NCBI GenBank assembly: GCA_963817915.1 | Contig: CAWFQL010000017.1 | Span: 384,001-448,000 of the forward strand | DNA: 64,000 nucleotides | From: an uncultured candidate division Zixibacteria bacterium | Lineage (GTDB): Bacteria > Zixibacteria > MSB-5A5 > UBA10806 | Reading direction: 5' to 3' | Part shown: positions 60,923 to 64,000 of the stretch, one piece after another | How positions within the stretch are numbered: the first letter of the stretch is position 1 | Layout: every line of letters starts with the position of its first letter | Program-made: the position numbers and the translations under genes | The notes under the pieces: generated by a model | Told to the model about the DNA's origin: nothing | What the model saw: the letters and a program-made list of their open reading frames with translations, nothing else | The model's database searches: none

Positions 60923-62383
60923 ATGATTAAAAAAACTCCTCTGACATGGTTAATAGCCGGCTTACTGATAGCGGCCCTCGCGATCATTATGTCTGGTTGT
61001 TCGACCGAGAAGCCATGGGGTACAAATCCCTCAAGGCCTCTCGTATTAACCGTTGTCTCTGGTCCGGGCTCTGCCGATACAATCGGTATCGGCGCTCCCG
61101 TAGGCTTCTCTTGGGTAGCTAAGGGAGGAACGGGCGATGCCCAATATCAATACAGAGTCGATTCGGGTGCGTATACGGCTCTTTCGCGGATAACGAGCAT
61201 TTCGCTCACAGATCTTACGGCCGGATCCCATACGGTGACCGTTAGAGCCGAAGATACTGCAGCTAATGTCGATACTACATCGCGTACATTCCATATTGCC
61301 GCTGATACGCAGGCCCCGTTTGTCTGGATTACCGAGGCGCCCACCGCCGGCACTTCCGCAGCAGTCGGAAGCGTCCTGGTGTTTTCGTGGGCTGGTTATG
61401 ATTCCCTTGGAAACAGAAATAACATCAAGTTTTATTATGATTTCAACGGAACCGTATCCGATACGACAATTGATAGAACCGTAACTTTTGCAAATGTGTC
61501 CGCTGCCGATCCCGCGATCTTCAAGGTTTGGGCAGTCGACCTGACCGGAAATGTTTCCACTCATCCTGATTCGGTTGTATTTGTAATTAAGACAGCGTCG
61601 ATTCTCTATATCGATGACTATCGATGGCTGGATAATTATGGCAATATTAATCGATTAAAAGAGCGGGAGCAAAAGGCCTTCTACGCCAGTACTCTTCAGG
61701 GCTATGCTTTTGCCGAGTGGGACAACAATGTCTCCGGTACACCAACAGCAGGCAATGTCGCAGGCTATACGACAATCCTCTGGGCCGCCGACTCCGATGT
61801 TGGCAGTGCAGACCCCGATTACAGACTTTGGTATGATGTTGGAGCTCTTGGTGGTGGAGTGTTGAAGACATTTATCGATGGCGGCGGGAAATTGATCCTC
61901 ACTGGATCAGAAGCGCTGGCTTATGTATTCAATACCAATCCTCCTGTTGCAGGTGATTTTGATGCTGCATACCTCGGCACTTCTGATACTCTCATAATCG
62001 CCTCAATAGATACGACTGTTACGCCATGGGATACTACCTATGCGGAGACCTGGGTGCATTCTACAGATTTCACCTGGGCTATCAAGGCTTCTGCCGCGAC
62101 CGGTTATCCTGATTCCATGAAGATCGACGTAGGCAAAAATGGCAATCAGTTGGCCAATTGCGCATCGTTGGTTTACATTAAAGCTGGAGTAACAAGGATA
62201 TTCAATGTCGGTCTCGATGTTGATGGTGCTGAACCTGATAATTACGGTGCAGCGTGTGCATGGACCTATGCACCCGGCGGAAATTATAGGTCGGCGATAA
62301 TCTCCTTCGATACATTCTCAATGGGCGAACCAGCCATGAGACAGACTTTCGGGAGAATTCTAACACTTTTCGGCGAGCATTAG
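60923..62383 (+). CDS. Lipoprotein, apparent paralog of the preceding gene
   Basis: MSGC lipobox; H...VRAED..N and F.VWAVDLTGN strands; FIDGGGKLIL. Confidence 0.75.
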   Translation: MIKKTPLTWLIAGLLIAALAIIMSGCSTEKPWGTNPSRPLVLTVVSGPGSADTIGIGAPVGFSWVAKGGTGDAQYQYRVDSGAYTALSRITSISLTDLTAGSHTVTVRAEDTAANVDTTSRTFHIAADTQAPFVWITEAPTAGTSAAVGSVLVFSWAGYDSLGNRNNIKFYYDFNGTVSDTTIDRTVTFANVSAADPAIFKVWAVDLTGNVSTHPDSVVFVIKTASILYIDDYRWLDNYGNINRLKEREQKAFYASTLQGYAFAEWDNNVSGTPTAGNVAGYTTILWAADSDVGSADPDYRLWYDVGALGGGVLKTFIDGGGKLILTGSEALAYVFNTNPPVAGDFDAAYLGTSDTLIIASIDTTVTPWDTTYAETWVHSTDFTWAIKASAATGYPDSMKIDVGKNGNQLANCASLVYIKAGVTRIFNVGLDVDGAEPDNYGAACAWTYAPGGNYRSAIISFDTFSMGEPAMRQTFGRILTLFGEH

Positions 62384-62405
62384 ACCTTCGCCGATTCCGA
62401 GAAAC

Positions 62406-62442
62406 AAGCCCGCCCGCCACAACGGCGGACGGGCTTTATTTT
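62406..62442 (+). terminator. Intrinsic terminator closing the TonB-receptor cassette
   Basis: AAGCCCG-c-CCGCC-acaac-GGCGG-a-CGGGCTT followed by TATTTT. Confidence 0.8.
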
Positions 62443-62445
62443 AAA

Positions 62446-63897
62446 ATGAAAAAACTGCTCTTTGTAATTCTCATTATTATATTTGCGGCGAATAAGGCGT
62501 ATCCAATATCGGCTACATTAACCGCCAAATTAGATTCGTTGGTTGCGGATACCTTGCTATGTAGTGCAACTATCGGGCTTGCAGTATATGATCTCAACAC
62601 CGATTCAACCATCTACTCCCTCAATTCCGAAAAATTGTCAACTCCTGCTTCTAATCTTAAGCTCTTCACCAGCGCCGCCGCCCTTCATTATTTGAAATCA
62701 GGCTATCGGTTCAAAACGTCTTTTTTTACTAGCGGAAAGCTTAATAAAAAAGGCACTCTCAAAGGCGATCTGATAATTGTCGGTGGCGGAGATCCATTGA
62801 TTTCCGGGCGATTCCGACAAAACGTCACCGAAATCCTTGAATTCTGGGCTGATAGTATTAGGGCCAAAGGCATCAATAATATCGATGGCCGTATAATTAT
62901 TGATAATACTTTTTTCGATGGTCCCGAACTTGGAAATGGCTGGTCCTGGGATGATTTATCATATTGGTATGCCTGTCCGACATCGGCGCTGTCATTTAAT
63001 GATAATTGCGTCGACCTCCGATTATTGCCTGGCATCAAAATAGGGGATAAGGCCAAAATTCAGATTGATCCTCAATCCGATTATATTACTATCACAAATA
63101 ATTCGACAACCCTATCTGCCGATAGCCAGTTTACCTTAGATTATTATCGTATTCCGAATACTAACGATATTACTTTTTTCGGTGGAATCTCTATAGATGA
63201 CACGCTGGGCCATGTCGATTATGTCTCTGTCGACAGCCCCGGAATTTATTGCGCTTATATATTCGACGATATACTAAAATCAAAAGGCATCAAAACCCGC
63301 AAGAATAATATTTCGAGTATAGATAAATCAGCAATTATCGAACAAAATCATCTATTTGATTGGTATTCCGATACGCTCGGAGTAGTTATCTCGGTCATCA
63401 ACAAGAACAGCCAGAATTTCTTTGCCGAACAAGCCCTAAAGACTATTGGCAAAATTGTGACCGGTAACGGTAGTTTTAACGGCGGAATCAAAGCCGCTAC
63501 GGCATTCTTTGATTCAATTGGCATAAGTAAAAATGACTTGATCATGGCCGATGGCTCGGGGCTTTCATATATGAATCTCGTGAAGCCGAATGCCATTTTG
63601 AATTTATTAAAATATCAATTTCATAGCATGGATTTTGCCGCGTATTATGCGTCATTGCCGATTGCCGGGGTCGATAGATCCTTAAGAAATCGATTGTCCG
63701 GAATCGAAAACCGCGATCATTTAAGAGCCAAAACCGGTTTTATTTCAGGCGTATCCAGTTTTTCCGGGTATATCGATGGCCCCCAAAGCGGCCGCATGAT
63801 AGCATTCTCGATTATCATTAATAACTACTCTTGTCCGACATCATATGCCGAAGATTGGGAAGATAAAATCGGCACTGCTTTGCTGATGGAGTATTGA
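62446..63897 (+). CDS. dacB: D-Ala-D-Ala carboxypeptidase/endopeptidase (PBP4, S13)
   Basis: PASNLK (SxxK), GGGDP, SQN, DGSGLS, KTG. Confidence 0.93.
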   Translation: MKKLLFVILIIIFAANKAYPISATLTAKLDSLVADTLLCSATIGLAVYDLNTDSTIYSLNSEKLSTPASNLKLFTSAAALHYLKSGYRFKTSFFTSGKLNKKGTLKGDLIIVGGGDPLISGRFRQNVTEILEFWADSIRAKGINNIDGRIIIDNTFFDGPELGNGWSWDDLSYWYACPTSALSFNDNCVDLRLLPGIKIGDKAKIQIDPQSDYITITNNSTTLSADSQFTLDYYRIPNTNDITFFGGISIDDTLGHVDYVSVDSPGIYCAYIFDDILKSKGIKTRKNNISSIDKSAIIEQNHLFDWYSDTLGVVISVINKNSQNFFAEQALKTIGKIVTGNGSFNGGIKAATAFFDSIGISKNDLIMADGSGLSYMNLVKPNAILNLLKYQFHSMDFAAYYASLPIAGVDRSLRNRLSGIENRDHLRAKTGFISGVSSFSGYIDGPQSGRMIAFSIIINNYSCPTSYAEDWEDKIGTALLMEY

Positions 63898-64000
63898 TTG
63901 GACTATTTTCATTACCGAAAAGGCGAGCTCTATTGCGAAGATATTAAAGTCGCCGATATTGTTAAAAAATATTCTACACCGCTATTTATTTATAGTCTGA
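63898..64000 (+). CDS. lysA: 5' end of diaminopimelate decarboxylase (truncated by the window edge)
   Basis: TTG immediately after the dacB stop; MDYFHYRKGELYCEDIKVADIVKKYSTPLFIYS resembles the LysA N-terminus. Confidence 0.75.
   Translation, partial: MDYFHYRKGELYCEDIKVADIVKKYSTPLFIYSL

Noticed and set aside
1..64000. CRISPR arrays, tRNA/rRNA, IS elements, prophage, and short antisense ORFs from the six-frame track
   Set aside because: No spaced direct repeats, RNA gene signatures, transposases or integrases were seen. The short ORFs are shadows of well-supported genes.

Overview
Gene-dense chromosomal window, almost entirely on the + strand, from a diderm bacterium. The gene content (PorV-like barrel, T9SS/FlgD-like C-terminal domains, CarboxypepD-reg TonB-dependent receptor, type 2 IleRS) suggests the FCB superphylum, e.g. 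a Zixibacteria-like lineage; this is inference only. Housekeeping blocks: yggS-divIVA-pnp-ileS-dksA/traR-lspA-rluD; glmM-glmS; holA; split transketolase; DUF1015-serA-like-serC-aminotransferase; dacB-lysA. Accessory and envelope blocks: (1) a poly-gamma-glutamate operon pgsB-pgsC-pgsW extended by a secreted duplicated-domain protein and an outer-membrane beta-barrel; (2) a TonB receptor / T9SS-CTD protein / PorV / two-lipoprotein cassette with its own promoter and terminator and no SusD; (3) two ECF sigma/zinc anti-sigma pairs; (4) a PspC/LiaF-like operon behind an ECF-type promoter; (5) a tetraheme cytochrome c; (6) M16, M1 and S8 peptidases; (7) a protein with three Myb/SANT-like repeats. 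Extracytoplasmic proteins look enriched in the Bacteroidetes O-glycosylation sequon D-[ST]-[AILVMT]. Four or five genes carry single-base frameshifts that look like assembly indels. I saw no rRNA, tRNA, CRISPR array or mobile element. All family assignments come from motif recognition by eye, not database searches.
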